Shown: in pieces, positions 11,926 to 21,404 of the stretch
Position numbering within the stretch: the stretch's first letter is position 1
Layout of the letters: each line of letters begins with the position of its first letter
Assembly: GCA_963717435.1 (NCBI GenBank)
Contig: OY970332.1
Coordinates: 448,001 to 512,000 of the forward strand
DNA length: 64,000 nt
Direction: 5' to 3'
From: an uncultured bacterium
GTDB lineage: Bacteria; Babelota; Babeliae; Babelales; Babelaceae
The notes under the pieces: model-generated
Told to the model about the DNA's origin: nothing
Database searches by the model: none
What the model saw: only the letters and a program-made list of their open reading frames with translations
Program-made: the position numbers and the translations under genes

Positions 11926-12561
11926 TTAACTACCAGCAGATACATCGCCATAATTAGCAGGGCCAGTTTGTGCGTTACCAATACTTTCGTATTCTTCAAC
12001 ACACTGTTTTATACATTCGCCCTCAGACATACCTGAACCTGCAACACAGTTATTTTTGCAATTAGCTATGTAATCACCAAAATACTTGTTTTGCACCCAG
12101 TCTCCATTAAGATAAACGTTACCACTTGATACATTGTCAACCACAACAGGATCTGACCAATCAAGAGATGACCACCAACCAAGACTCCACAGACCTAGCC
12201 CAAGACCAAGGCCCCAATAGCCCCAACCTGCGCCACCCCAGCCCCAGCCGCCCCAACGGCCACCACGACCATAACGTCCATATCCACCGCGACCGTATCC
12301 GCCGCGTCCATAAGCTCCACGGCCACCTCGACCAGCAGCACCACGTCCTGCGCCTCCACGGCCAGCCATACGCGCACCACCACCGCGGCCACCGAAACCA
12401 CCACGGCCCCCGCCGCCTCTACCACCGCCAAATCCTCCGCCGCGACCACCGCCGCCTCCATGTCCTCCACCACCACCGCCGCCACGGGCCTCTAGTGTCA
12501 TTTCAAATGAAGTTGCTAGCATTGTAAATGCAAGCAAATAGGCTATAAGTTTTTTGTTCAT
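11926..12561 (-). CDS. Secreted Gly/Arg (RGG)-rich protein with a C-terminal CX3C-X10-CX3C motif
   Basis: AAGGAG RBS, signal peptide ending LEA, long RGG/YGRGG tract, Trp/Gly segment, then CKNNCVAGSGMSEGECIKQC. Confidence 0.8.
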   Translation of the reverse strand: MNKKLIAYLLAFTMLATSFEMTLEARGGGGGGGHGGGGGRGGGFGGGRGGGGRGGFGGRGGGARMAGRGGAGRGAAGRGGRGAYGRGGYGRGGYGRYGRGGRWGGWGWGGAGWGYWGLGLGLGLWSLGWWSSLDWSDPVVVDNVSSGNVYLNGDWVQNKYFGDYIANCKNNCVAGSGMSEGECIKQCVEEYESIGNAQTGPANYGDVSAGS

Positions 12562-13023
12562 TACTACTCTCCTTAAATAAAATTAATAACTCCAGTTTTT
12601 AAAGACTCTCTTTTTTTCTAATTTAATCAGGAAAAAACCCCCATCTCCCCCAGTCAAACCACATATCTTGTGTAATTTATTGATAAATATTCTATTAATA
12701 AATTATCAAATTTGAATTATAAATATCAATAATAATTAAAAATATTTTTATATTAGAAAAATTAAATACTAATTATATGGGAAATATTTAAGAAATATTA
12801 AATCTAGTTAGAAATAATAAATACAAAAAATATATATTTAAAGCCAAAATTATTATTTACATATTATTGACTATCAGAAATAATATAGGCTAAAATTGTA
12901 ACTGAGTGGGCAATTACAAGTCAACCCCAAAAAAGGAGAGAGTATCAGTCTTGAACTGTCTCTCTCTTTCCCTGCTTTATTTATTTCGAAAATTAATTTT
13001 TTGGCCAACCAGATTCTAAGCCC

Positions 13024-13208
13024 GCGCTCGCCCTGAGTGTTTTTCGCAGCTCTTAAGAGCGTAGAAAAATGTATCGAATGGGTGCGCAGGGGAAAAATAC
13101 AAAATTAACTTTTTGGCCGACCCTTCCGTCTACGTTAAAACTACGACGGACGCAGTCGATACACTCAGCCTGCCCGGCGAAACTTTAGTGAAGCCTGGGG
13201 GCGAGCGG
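13024..13208. repeat. Inverted doublet of the modular palindromic repeat, second unit carrying two extra hairpin modules
   Basis: GCGCTCGCCCTGAGTG...TGTATCGAATGGG (+) and CCGCTCGCCC...CTGAGTGTATCGA...AAGGGT (-). Confidence 0.85.
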
Positions 13209-13238
13209 CCACATAAAATTCTCTCTAGCTAAAAGCAA

Positions 13239-14258
13239 TCAGGCTATTTCTTCAAAACCAGAAACACCAATAGACGCAAATTTTTCTTCAATTTGCTTAA
13301 TATCAAGAAGCCCCTCTTTGGCATCATAAAAACTAATAACCGAAGCGCTATTAATTAAGCCAAAAACAACAGCTTTTTTTATTGATTCTTGGGATAAGCC
13401 CAAATTTACTAATACCCCGACAAAGCATGACGCAAATGCGTCACCGGCACCGACAGTGTTGATAACTTTAACTGGCAAGCTTTTGTGGAACAAAATTTTA
13501 TTTTCATGTCCAACATATACCCCAGATTTTCCTGCTGTTACAACGACAACTTTTGGCCCCAAATCTAAAATTTTTTTTATAATTTCGGGTATCGAAATAT
13601 CTTTTTTGAAAAATTTTTGAGATAAAACTTTTGCCTCTTTGTGATTTACGACAAAAATATCAACAGATTTTAAAGCAGATTTTAAAATATCTTCTTCAAA
13701 TTCAAGTTGCCACTTTGATGGGTTAAGCGCAATAATCGACCCGTTCGATTTTGCGATTTTTAAAATTTTTAATAACAGCAAACTTGAATCGCCAGATAGT
13801 GGCGCTATATAAACCAAATTTTTATTTGCAAACATTTTGTCTTGCAGATCTGACTCTTTTAAGCTCGCACTTGAACCCCTATAAACCAAAACAGTTCTAT
13901 CGCCCTTTGGTGAAGGCAAAATAAAAGATATCCCGCTCTTTAAATCTTCAGAGCGGGATATGTTAGAAATATCAATATTATTTGATTTTAGGTCTTTTAT
14001 AATAAAATCAGCTGTATTATCTTTGCCGACCTTAAAAAAAGCTTCTACATCAAAGCCAAGTTTCTTAAAAGATACTGCACAATTAGTTGAGCCACCCCCG
14101 GTTGCGTAATGCAAACTCGAAATGTCGATTTTTTCAGACTCCGGTATAAGCAAAAAGCTTTTACTTTCACCAGAAATTTCCAAATTTTTGGAAATTATTT
14201 CGGCACTTTCCAAAAAAACATCTTGGGTCGCCCCACCAATTGTCAGTACTTTTTTCAT
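13239..14258 (-). CDS. PfkB/ribokinase-family carbohydrate kinase
   Basis: TGGGSTNCAV N-terminal signature and NTVGAGDAF C-terminal signature. Confidence 0.9.
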   Translation of the reverse strand: MKKVLTIGGATQDVFLESAEIISKNLEISGESKSFLLIPESEKIDISSLHYATGGGSTNCAVSFKKLGFDVEAFFKVGKDNTADFIIKDLKSNNIDISNISRSEDLKSGISFILPSPKGDRTVLVYRGSSASLKESDLQDKMFANKNLVYIAPLSGDSSLLLLKILKIAKSNGSIIALNPSKWQLEFEEDILKSALKSVDIFVVNHKEAKVLSQKFFKKDISIPEIIKKILDLGPKVVVVTAGKSGVYVGHENKILFHKSLPVKVINTVGAGDAFASCFVGVLVNLGLSQESIKKAVVFGLINSASVISFYDAKEGLLDIKQIEEKFASIGVSGFEEIA

Positions 14259-14284
14259 TATATATTTCCCAAATATATTTCCCG

Positions 14285-16654
14285 TTATACATTTCCTGCT
14301 GCTTTTTTTGCCATATCTGGCATCAATACATGATTCATGACTTCATCTGCATGGGAAACCCAAATAACTTTGATTCCATCAAGAATTTCTTCCAAACCAA
14401 TAATGTCATTTTTATTCTTTTGGGGCAATATTACATGAGCAACATTATTACGCTTTGCTGCCAAAATCTTCTCTTTAACACCACCAATTGGCATCACATT
14501 ACCCTGCAAGTTAATTTCACCGGTCATTGCGTATTCTGCATTAATTGGGCGCTGTGTTAAAACTGAAAGTATTGATGAAAGCATTGTTACACCCGCAGAT
14601 GGTCCATCTTTGGGAACAGCTCCAGCAGGAACATGTATATGAATGTCGTAACTTGAGAAAAGTTTTGGATCTATACCAAAATCATGACAATGCGAACGTG
14701 CATAACTTAAAGCAGCCTGAGCAGATTCTTTCATCACATCACCGAGTTGCCCAGTTAAAATCAATCTGCCTTTTCCTGGCATCTTAACGGCTTCGATTTT
14801 TATCATCTCTCCACCATGCGATGTCCAAGCCAAACCGTTTGTTATGCCGATCAAATTTTTCTTATGAACTTCTTCTTCTGAGTATCTATTTGGCCCTAAA
14901 TATTGTGTTATATTTTCAGGAGTAAATTCAAGAACCTTGCCCTCTTCAACAAGTTGTCTTGCTGCTTTAGATGCTAATTTTTTTAATATACGTTCAAGCT
15001 CACGAACCCCAGCTTCACGTGTATAATTACAGACAATATAAGAAAGTAATTTGTCAGAGAAGTTTACTTCGTAGCCTTCAAGACCGGATTCTTTAATAAC
15101 TTTTGAAACCAAATGACGTTTCGCGATACTTACTTTTTCTTCTTGGGTATAACCTGAAAGCATTATAACTTCCATTCTGTCCCTTAACGGCTCTGACAAT
15201 GTATCAAGAGTATTTGCAGTTGCTATAAATAAAACTTTAGAGAAGTCGAACGGCACACCAAGATAGTTATCATAAAAAGTTTTATTTTGTTGCGGATCCA
15301 AGACCTCAAGCATAGCCGCTGATGGATCACCACGAAAATCTGAACCGATTTTATCAAGCTCATCTATAATTATTACAGGATTAGATGTCCCAGATTTTTT
15401 AATTGCCTGTATAAATCTTCCGGGCATTGCTCCAACATAAGTTCTTCTATGACCACGAATTTCGGCTTCGTCTTTAACTCCACCAAGTGAAATTCTTATA
15501 TATTCGCGCCCCAAACTATTTGCTATAGATTTACCCAAAGATGTTTTACCTGTTCCTGGGGGCCCGACAAAGCAAATTATAGGAGAATGGCCATCCTCTT
15601 TAAGTTTTTTTATCGAAATAAAGTCTAAAATTCTGTCTTTAATCTCTTTAAGCCCATAATGCTCGCGATCTAAGACAGACTTTGCATGTTCTATATCCAA
15701 ATTATCTTCAGAATGCTTGTTCCATGGCAATGACAACATCCAGTCTATATATGTTCTTGTTACCGCAGCTTCCATAGAATCTGGAGATGTTTTTTCAAGT
15801 CTATTTATTTGTCTATTTATTTCTGTAAAAGTTTCAGGGGTAACATCAAGATCTGCAAGTCTCATTCTCATCTTGTCTATATCTTGACTGTCTTCATCAC
15901 CCAATTCTTCTTTTATAGCTTTAAGTTGTTCGCGCAAGTAAAACTCTTTTTGTGATTTGTTCATAGAATCGCGCGCGCGATTTTTGATTCTTTCTTGAAC
16001 TTCCGCAACCTCAAGCTCTTTTGCTAAGCATTTATATAACCCCTCAAGAAACTCTTCAAGATTTTTCATCTCTAAAAGCTCTTGGGCCTCATGAACATCA
16101 AGATTTATATGTGATATTATAAAATCAGCAATTTTTAGTGGATCCTGCATCTTGGAAATTATAATATGAAAATCTGGACTTAACCCGTTACCTGAACTTG
16201 AAATCTGTTCAGCAATATTTTTTATATTTTTTAATTGAGCGCTCACCTGAGGTCTATCGTGCATCTCAGATAAAGCAAATCTCTCAATCGATGCCTGCAA
16301 GATGTCATTATCTGAAATTATTTCTTGCACATCTGCACGTGAAACACCCTGCACTAATATTTTTACTCCCCCTTCAGGAATTTTTATTAATCTCATTATC
16401 GATGCAACTGTGCCCACACCATAAAGATCCTTGGTCCCAATAGCTCCATCGTGACCCTCTGACTGTTTTTTTGAAGCTAGCAAAAGCACAAGTTTGCCTT
16501 CGCTTTGTAAAGCCGAATCAACACCCTTTATTATTCTTTCATCAAGAACAAGAAGGGGAACAATCATATTAGGAAATACCACGACATCCATAGTCGGTAT
16601 GACTGGGAGAATCTCCGGCACAACATCATGAACAGATTTATCTATAGTCTTCAT
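14285..16654 (-). CDS. lon: ATP-dependent Lon protease
   Basis: LON N-domain, GPPGTGKTS, RGHRRTYVGAMPG, catalytic PKDGPSAG, GGVKEK. Confidence 0.97.
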   Translation of the reverse strand: MKTIDKSVHDVVPEILPVIPTMDVVVFPNMIVPLLVLDERIIKGVDSALQSEGKLVLLLASKKQSEGHDGAIGTKDLYGVGTVASIMRLIKIPEGGVKILVQGVSRADVQEIISDNDILQASIERFALSEMHDRPQVSAQLKNIKNIAEQISSSGNGLSPDFHIIISKMQDPLKIADFIISHINLDVHEAQELLEMKNLEEFLEGLYKCLAKELEVAEVQERIKNRARDSMNKSQKEFYLREQLKAIKEELGDEDSQDIDKMRMRLADLDVTPETFTEINRQINRLEKTSPDSMEAAVTRTYIDWMLSLPWNKHSEDNLDIEHAKSVLDREHYGLKEIKDRILDFISIKKLKEDGHSPIICFVGPPGTGKTSLGKSIANSLGREYIRISLGGVKDEAEIRGHRRTYVGAMPGRFIQAIKKSGTSNPVIIIDELDKIGSDFRGDPSAAMLEVLDPQQNKTFYDNYLGVPFDFSKVLFIATANTLDTLSEPLRDRMEVIMLSGYTQEEKVSIAKRHLVSKVIKESGLEGYEVNFSDKLLSYIVCNYTREAGVRELERILKKLASKAARQLVEEGKVLEFTPENITQYLGPNRYSEEEVHKKNLIGITNGLAWTSHGGEMIKIEAVKMPGKGRLILTGQLGDVMKESAQAALSYARSHCHDFGIDPKLFSSYDIHIHVPAGAVPKDGPSAGVTMLSSILSVLTQRPINAEYAMTGEINLQGNVMPIGGVKEKILAAKRNNVAHVILPQKNKNDIIGLEEILDGIKVIWVSHADEVMNHVLMPDMAKKAAGNV

Positions 16655-16777
16655 ATTACTCCCCTAAAAGTTAGTTATCCCTTAAGTAGAGTTTAGTATT
16701 AGTCAAAATTTAAAAACAATAGTTAATGAAATATAGTTTCTGAAAAACATGCGCAGAATCAAATTTATTCAGCTAGA

Positions 16778-17416
16778 CTAATTTTTTCTAGCCAGGCACA
16801 TTAATGCTCTTCTTAATATTTCATCAAATTTGGCAACGCTTATATCCAAGCTATTTTTAACTTGACCCATGGCATTATTAATTTCAAACCGAGAATATCC
16901 CAAAGACTCCAAAGCCTGGTTAACATCTTTTAGCTTTTCAAAATGTTTTAACCCGGCCGTATCTTCAGTCTTACCTGCAAGATTATCCCCTGAACTTCCA
17001 GAAGTCTCATAAAGTTCAAATTTTGTGATCTTATCTTTAAGTTGCAAGATCATACTTTCAGCTTTTTTCGCGCCTATTCCATTAACTTTGCTAAGAGATT
17101 TAACATCGGCACAGGCTATTGCGCTTAAAAACATAGTTGGGTTCATAGTGTTCAAAACTGCTAATCCAATTTTAGGGCCGCAACCTGAGCAGCTTAAAAC
17201 CAAATCGAATATAGATTTTTCTGTACCAGTTTTAAACCCAAATAGAGCCGGTCCAGTTTCTTGGTTCCATACCATAGATATATTTAGCTCTACCTCTTTC
17301 CCAATATCAAAATATTTTTCATCAGGAACCTGCACCTGAAATCCCAAGCCCGAAACTTCTATTACCAAACTATTTTGATGCGAGAATTTAAGCTTGCCCT
17401 TTAAATATGCGATCAT
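16778..17416 (-). CDS. ruvA: Holliday junction branch migration protein RuvA
   Basis: MIAYLKG start, HhH motifs SGCGPKIG and NGIGAKKAE, C-terminal ALESLGY. Confidence 0.93.
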   Translation of the reverse strand: MIAYLKGKLKFSHQNSLVIEVSGLGFQVQVPDEKYFDIGKEVELNISMVWNQETGPALFGFKTGTEKSIFDLVLSCSGCGPKIGLAVLNTMNPTMFLSAIACADVKSLSKVNGIGAKKAESMILQLKDKITKFELYETSGSSGDNLAGKTEDTAGLKHFEKLKDVNQALESLGYSRFEINNAMGQVKNSLDISVAKFDEILRRALMCLARKN

Positions 17417-17524
17417 AAATAACTTTCTTTAAAATTTTTAAAAAAATCTGGTAACTTAGAAATACTTTAAAAGTTTATTTTAATAACTTAGTTGAGAATA
17501 AAAAATTTTGGGAGATATTGTTAT

Positions 17525-18493
17525 ATGAATCTTAAGTTAATTTTATTATTGTTTCCGATAAGTTTAATCGGGTATACAGATAAAACAGCCCACTTACACG
17601 ATAAAAACAATCAAGCATCTGTAATCCCCAACCCAAGCCAACAAAATCTCGATGAAGAATATAATATAGCAAATAGTTTTATAGACGCACTTCTTGATCG
17701 CGAACATCTAAATAATCCTGAATCTCAAGAAAATCCAAACGTTACAGAGTTCAAATTGGCACTGAAATTATTTGGAGAGTTTTCCAAATCTGGAAATTTT
17801 ATTTGTATGAACAGAATTATAATTTGGCTTGAAAGAACTTTCGACAAGTTTAAATGTAATATTTGTCCAGATATTACTCAAGAAAACCAAGCCAACAAAA
17901 ATCCAGATAATAATAAAATATATTATTCAGTATTAAACGAAGTTGGCATAGCATGCGCCGCTGGGCCAATTTTATATTCGTCTTTAAATTCCAGAACTGA
18001 TAGGCCTGTATCAAATCAGGAAGAGCAAGAATTTATAATAAAAGAGCTAGATAAATCTTTGATTAGATATCTTAAGTTATTAACAAAATATGGCGCAAAA
18101 ATAGACCATGTAATTAATAATGCGGGACAATTTGTTGGCCAAGATTCCCAGTGGAGCAAAATAAATGGCACACTTTTGCATATAGCAGCAAGCACTAATC
18201 GCGATGATCTTATTGATTTACTTGTCTCACTTAATGCCGATCCAAATTTAAAAGACACTAATGGGAGAACAGCTTTGCATATAGCGATAGAAAATTGCAA
18301 AAACGATGAACACTCACATGTAATTGAAGCAATAATATCCAAAGGCGGCGATGTCAACGCTGTTTATGGAGATAATATAAAACCATTAAAAATCGCTCTG
18401 CATAAAAAGCTCATGAAAGTTGCATATATTTTAAAACAAAAAGGGGCAAATCAAAAAAGGGAACTAGAGAAAGCTAAGAGTTGGTGGATTTAG
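17525..18493 (+). CDS. Secreted ankyrin-repeat protein
   Basis: Probable start MNLKLILLLF. Ankyrin motifs GTLLHIAA, GRTALHIA, GGDVNA. Confidence 0.85.
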   Translation: MNLKLILLLFPISLIGYTDKTAHLHDKNNQASVIPNPSQQNLDEEYNIANSFIDALLDREHLNNPESQENPNVTEFKLALKLFGEFSKSGNFICMNRIIIWLERTFDKFKCNICPDITQENQANKNPDNNKIYYSVLNEVGIACAAGPILYSSLNSRTDRPVSNQEEQEFIIKELDKSLIRYLKLLTKYGAKIDHVINNAGQFVGQDSQWSKINGTLLHIAASTNRDDLIDLLVSLNADPNLKDTNGRTALHIAIENCKNDEHSHVIEAIISKGGDVNAVYGDNIKPLKIALHKKLMKVAYILKQKGANQKRELEKAKSWWI

Positions 18494-18518
18494 TTTTTTT
18501 TAAAACAATTAGGGTCGC

Positions 18519-19097
18519 ATGAAAAAAACAATCAAAATTTGCATGTTATTAATTATATCTAAGCAGGCAATTGGCATGGACTTTGAGTCCCTCAACGGGG
18601 AAAGAGAAAACCCCAAGCCAGAAATTTCTTCGCGGGAAAAGCGCCCGTATGAACTTATAAATGAACCTGAGTTGACCACCGAAGAAGAAGAACGCGTTAA
18701 TCGCAGAATCGAGATACCAAGACAGATGCTATTTACTTTTATAGAACAAGATTCTTCTGAGTCTATAGATTTAGTAGTCAAAAATTTTCACGTCGAGCTG
18801 GATATAATCGACATGAAAAAAAACAGCCCGCTGGCTTATGCAATTGAAACCGACAAGCTTGTTGCTGTAAAAAAAATCTTAGAATTAGCACTGGCCCTAA
18901 AAGTAGATATCCTTGATGTTGGCGTTCCAAGCCCACGTGAGTTGGCAAAAGACAGGCCAGAAATGGAGAAACTACTTCAGGAGCATGAAAAACTCATGCA
19001 AGCTTCCAAAACCAAAAATCTGGCTCTGAAGCCCATAGCGCCTCAAGCAGAACCTCAAAAAAACCGAAACGGAATCGGGCGTGGAAGAAGAAAATAA
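18519..19097 (+). CDS. Secreted protein with a degenerate ankyrin repeat and basic C-terminus
   Basis: Signal peptide, NSPLAYAI...AVKKILE, C-terminal GRGRRK. Confidence 0.7.
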   Translation: MKKTIKICMLLIISKQAIGMDFESLNGERENPKPEISSREKRPYELINEPELTTEEEERVNRRIEIPRQMLFTFIEQDSSESIDLVVKNFHVELDIIDMKKNSPLAYAIETDKLVAVKKILELALALKVDILDVGVPSPRELAKDRPEMEKLLQEHEKLMQASKTKNLALKPIAPQAEPQKNRNGIGRGRRK

Positions 19098-19163
19098 ATA
19101 GACGCGATAATATCAGAAACAAAAAAAAGCAATTTTTTATCAAAACAAACACTTAGGAGTATT

Positions 19164-20150
19164 ATGAAAAAAAGATCGCAATTAAAATTTTATGCACTAA
19201 CTGGAGCAGTTTTTGTATGTTCTAGCATGGCCATGGAAAATCAATCTGCAGAAGGAACAAGTACTAGCAATAACAACAATGCAGAGAAAAAGCCAGACTT
19301 TGATATAAACAAATTTGTGGAGCTGTATAAAGGCGCATATAAAATCGACAAGAATCGTTACGCAAGCGATATAACTGATTTTAAGGCCGCTTTAAATATC
19401 TGGTCCATTTTAAATAAAAAAGAAAATGTGACAGAGGCTCAATTCATGGGGCTTCTTAAAATAATATCGCTTTGGAAACATACGGATGCTAACGAACTAA
19501 ATGATGCCTTTGATTATGTTTTTATTAGTGGGAACAAAGCCAACTCTAATAAATCATCCGGGATATACCAACAGGATTTAGGTATTGAAGAAGCTACACC
19601 GGGATTACGTGAACAAGAGCGTAAACAAAAGCTTCGTGAGATGAAAAACGAAGCAAACAAAAGATTACTAGAAATTTTGGTTGCTAAGGGAGCAGATATT
19701 AATTTCAATAAGGTTCCAGATAATAAAGTTGTAAAAATGTCTTCAAGTTTTTCTAGCCACAGCGGCGGATCTTTACTGCACAGAGCTGCAAGAGAAAATT
19801 CTGTTGATTGGATAAATTTCTTGATCGACAAAATGGGCGCTGATATTAATAATAAAGACATAAAACATAGAACGCCTATCGTGATAGCTTGTAAAGGGAA
19901 TAATCTTGAAGCTGTTGAAGCTTTATTAAGCCGCAAAAATATTGATATAAATCTTGCTGATTCAGATAAACATACGCCATTATATTGGGCAGTTAAAAAT
20001 GAAAACTTCGATATGACAGAGTTGCTACTTGCTAATGGGGCAAAATTAGAACAGGCAGAAGATAGTGATATGGAAGAGAGAGAAGAAAAAGAAGAAGTTA
20101 AAAAAACTTCTAAAAAATCAGGTTTTTGGTCTCTTTTTGGATTCAAATAG
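19164..20150 (+). CDS. Secreted ankyrin-repeat protein
   Basis: AGGAG RBS, signal peptide. Ankyrin motifs SLLHRAA, RTPIVIAC, HTPLYWAV, LLLANGA. Confidence 0.88.
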   Translation: MKKRSQLKFYALTGAVFVCSSMAMENQSAEGTSTSNNNNAEKKPDFDINKFVELYKGAYKIDKNRYASDITDFKAALNIWSILNKKENVTEAQFMGLLKIISLWKHTDANELNDAFDYVFISGNKANSNKSSGIYQQDLGIEEATPGLREQERKQKLREMKNEANKRLLEILVAKGADINFNKVPDNKVVKMSSSFSSHSGGSLLHRAARENSVDWINFLIDKMGADINNKDIKHRTPIVIACKGNNLEAVEALLSRKNIDINLADSDKHTPLYWAVKNENFDMTELLLANGAKLEQAEDSDMEEREEKEEVKKTSKKSGFWSLFGFK

Positions 20151-20185
20151 TGAAAAAAAGAAGCTAAAATAAATGTGATTGGTCT

Positions 20186-20215
20186 CAAACAGCTGGTAAT
20201 ATTACCAGCTGTTTG
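20186..20215 (+). terminator. Intrinsic terminator after the ankyrin cluster
   Basis: Perfect palindrome CAAACAGCTGGTAATATTACCAGCTGTTTG followed by TCTTT. Confidence 0.65.
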
Positions 20216-20310
20216 TCTTTAAAGACTTAAAATGTTGGCGAAAAATATCTTTTATTTTAAGGTTTAATTTGACAATAATGCTGCTTGTGATACTTTAAAA
20301 GTAATTAATT

Positions 20311-20386
20311 GCGGGAATAGCTCAGCTGATAGAGCGTTGCCTTGCCAAGGCAAAGGTCGCGGGTTTGAATCCCGTTTCCCGCTCCA
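20311..20386 (+). tRNA. tRNA-Gly (GCC)
   Basis: 76-nt cloverleaf: acceptor GCGGGAA/TTCCCGC, anticodon arm TTGCC-TTGCCAA-GGCAA, T-loop TTTGAAT, encoded CCA. TTGACA at 20269 upstream. Confidence 0.97.
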
Positions 20387-20489
20387 TACTGCGCTTATCC
20401 ACGCCTTCCGGCTTGGCAAGCTTCGTATGGCAGGCCATACTACGTTTTATTTGGACCTACAGGCTCGGCAAACTACGTAGCCTGGACCA
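20387..20489. repeat. Two degenerate tandem repeats (51 and 52 nt) directly after the tRNA, each ending in CCA
   Basis: TACTGCG...GGCTTGGCAAGCTTCGTA...GGCCA and TACTACG...GGCTCGGCAAACTACGTA...GACCA. Confidence 0.7.
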
Positions 20490-20678
20490 CTTTCAATTAA
20501 GAAGTAATTCTTTAGGCAAATCTTCGAAAACAATAAACCCCACTCCTAGAGATTAAAACAAGTCATCAAGAACCAACCATTATCCAAATATTTTTATACA
20601 TGTTAATATATTAACAATTACAAATTACGTTTTATTAAAACTTATGTTTATTATTTAAACCTATATAGGCAAAAAAAT

Positions 20679-21404
20679 ATGAAATCTATCATGGAAGAAG
20701 GTTCATCCATATCAAAAGCAATAGAAAAGGGATGGATCAAGGCAGGAAGCCCGAAAGAATTCTCTGTAAAAATTTACGAAGATGCAGAAAAGAACTTCTT
20801 TGGAATGACATCAAAACCAGCAAAAATTGGTATTTTCTTTGATGAGGGCAGAGAAAGAAGATACGATCACGAACAAAATAAGCCGTATTCTCAGAAACAA
20901 AACCCGCCCCAAAAGCAACATCAACAAAAGCAAGCGGGTCAGCAGCAAGCAAAGCCGAAGCATGCGCAAGAGAGCCAAAAACAAAGCCCAGGGTATAAGA
21001 TCCCATTAGAGGTTCAGGCTCCAAAGCAAAAGCCCGTTGCAAAAATTTCCCAAAGTCAGGAACAAATCAAGCAAGCCAAAGAAGCAAATCTTAGACCAAT
21101 TGTGAACCAAGTAATTTCAGAGCCGCAAAAGCCTCTATGGACCCAGGATATGATTACTGCAGCAACAGACTGGCTTAATAACATGTTGTCACACACAGAA
21201 TATTCTAACGTAAAATTTAGTATAAATTCTGATAAATATTATCTTAAGGTTAATTTTGCATCCCCAATCTGCCAAGACTTAACAAAAGAAAGACAGCTTT
21301 TTGCAGGAATAGCTTTGTTGTTGATGCAGAGTATTAAGAAAAAATTCGATAACCCGTTTAAAGGGTACAAAGTTATTTTGATGAGAAATGAAATCAATTC
21401 ATAG
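20679..21404 (+). CDS. jag: Jag/KhpB N-terminal domain protein (no recognisable KH GxxG or R3H)
   Basis: Jag_N pattern EEGSSISKAIEKG...KNFFGMTSKPAKI, Gln/Lys-rich linker, and its usual position upstream of mnmE. Confidence 0.7.
   Translation: MKSIMEEGSSISKAIEKGWIKAGSPKEFSVKIYEDAEKNFFGMTSKPAKIGIFFDEGRERRYDHEQNKPYSQKQNPPQKQHQQKQAGQQQAKPKHAQESQKQSPGYKIPLEVQAPKQKPVAKISQSQEQIKQAKEANLRPIVNQVISEPQKPLWTQDMITAATDWLNNMLSHTEYSNVKFSINSDKYYLKVNFASPICQDLTKERQLFAGIALLLMQSIKKKFDNPFKGYKVILMRNEINS

Noticed and set aside
12126-12527. Alternative-frame ORFs and high local GC suggesting foreign DNA
   Set aside because: Explained by Gly/Arg codons of the RGG-rich gene, which has an RBS and signal peptide.
12657-12673. 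ACCACATATCTTGTGT as an NrdR-box-like site
   Set aside because: Single imperfect copy and no ribonucleotide reductase gene nearby.
19514-20188. 224-aa minus-strand ORF
   Set aside because: Antisense to a well-supported ankyrin gene, with no domain features.
20365-20556. 63-aa ORF overlapping the tRNA 3' end
   Set aside because: Starts inside the tRNA T-loop and runs through the tRNA-linked repeats; unlikely to be coding.
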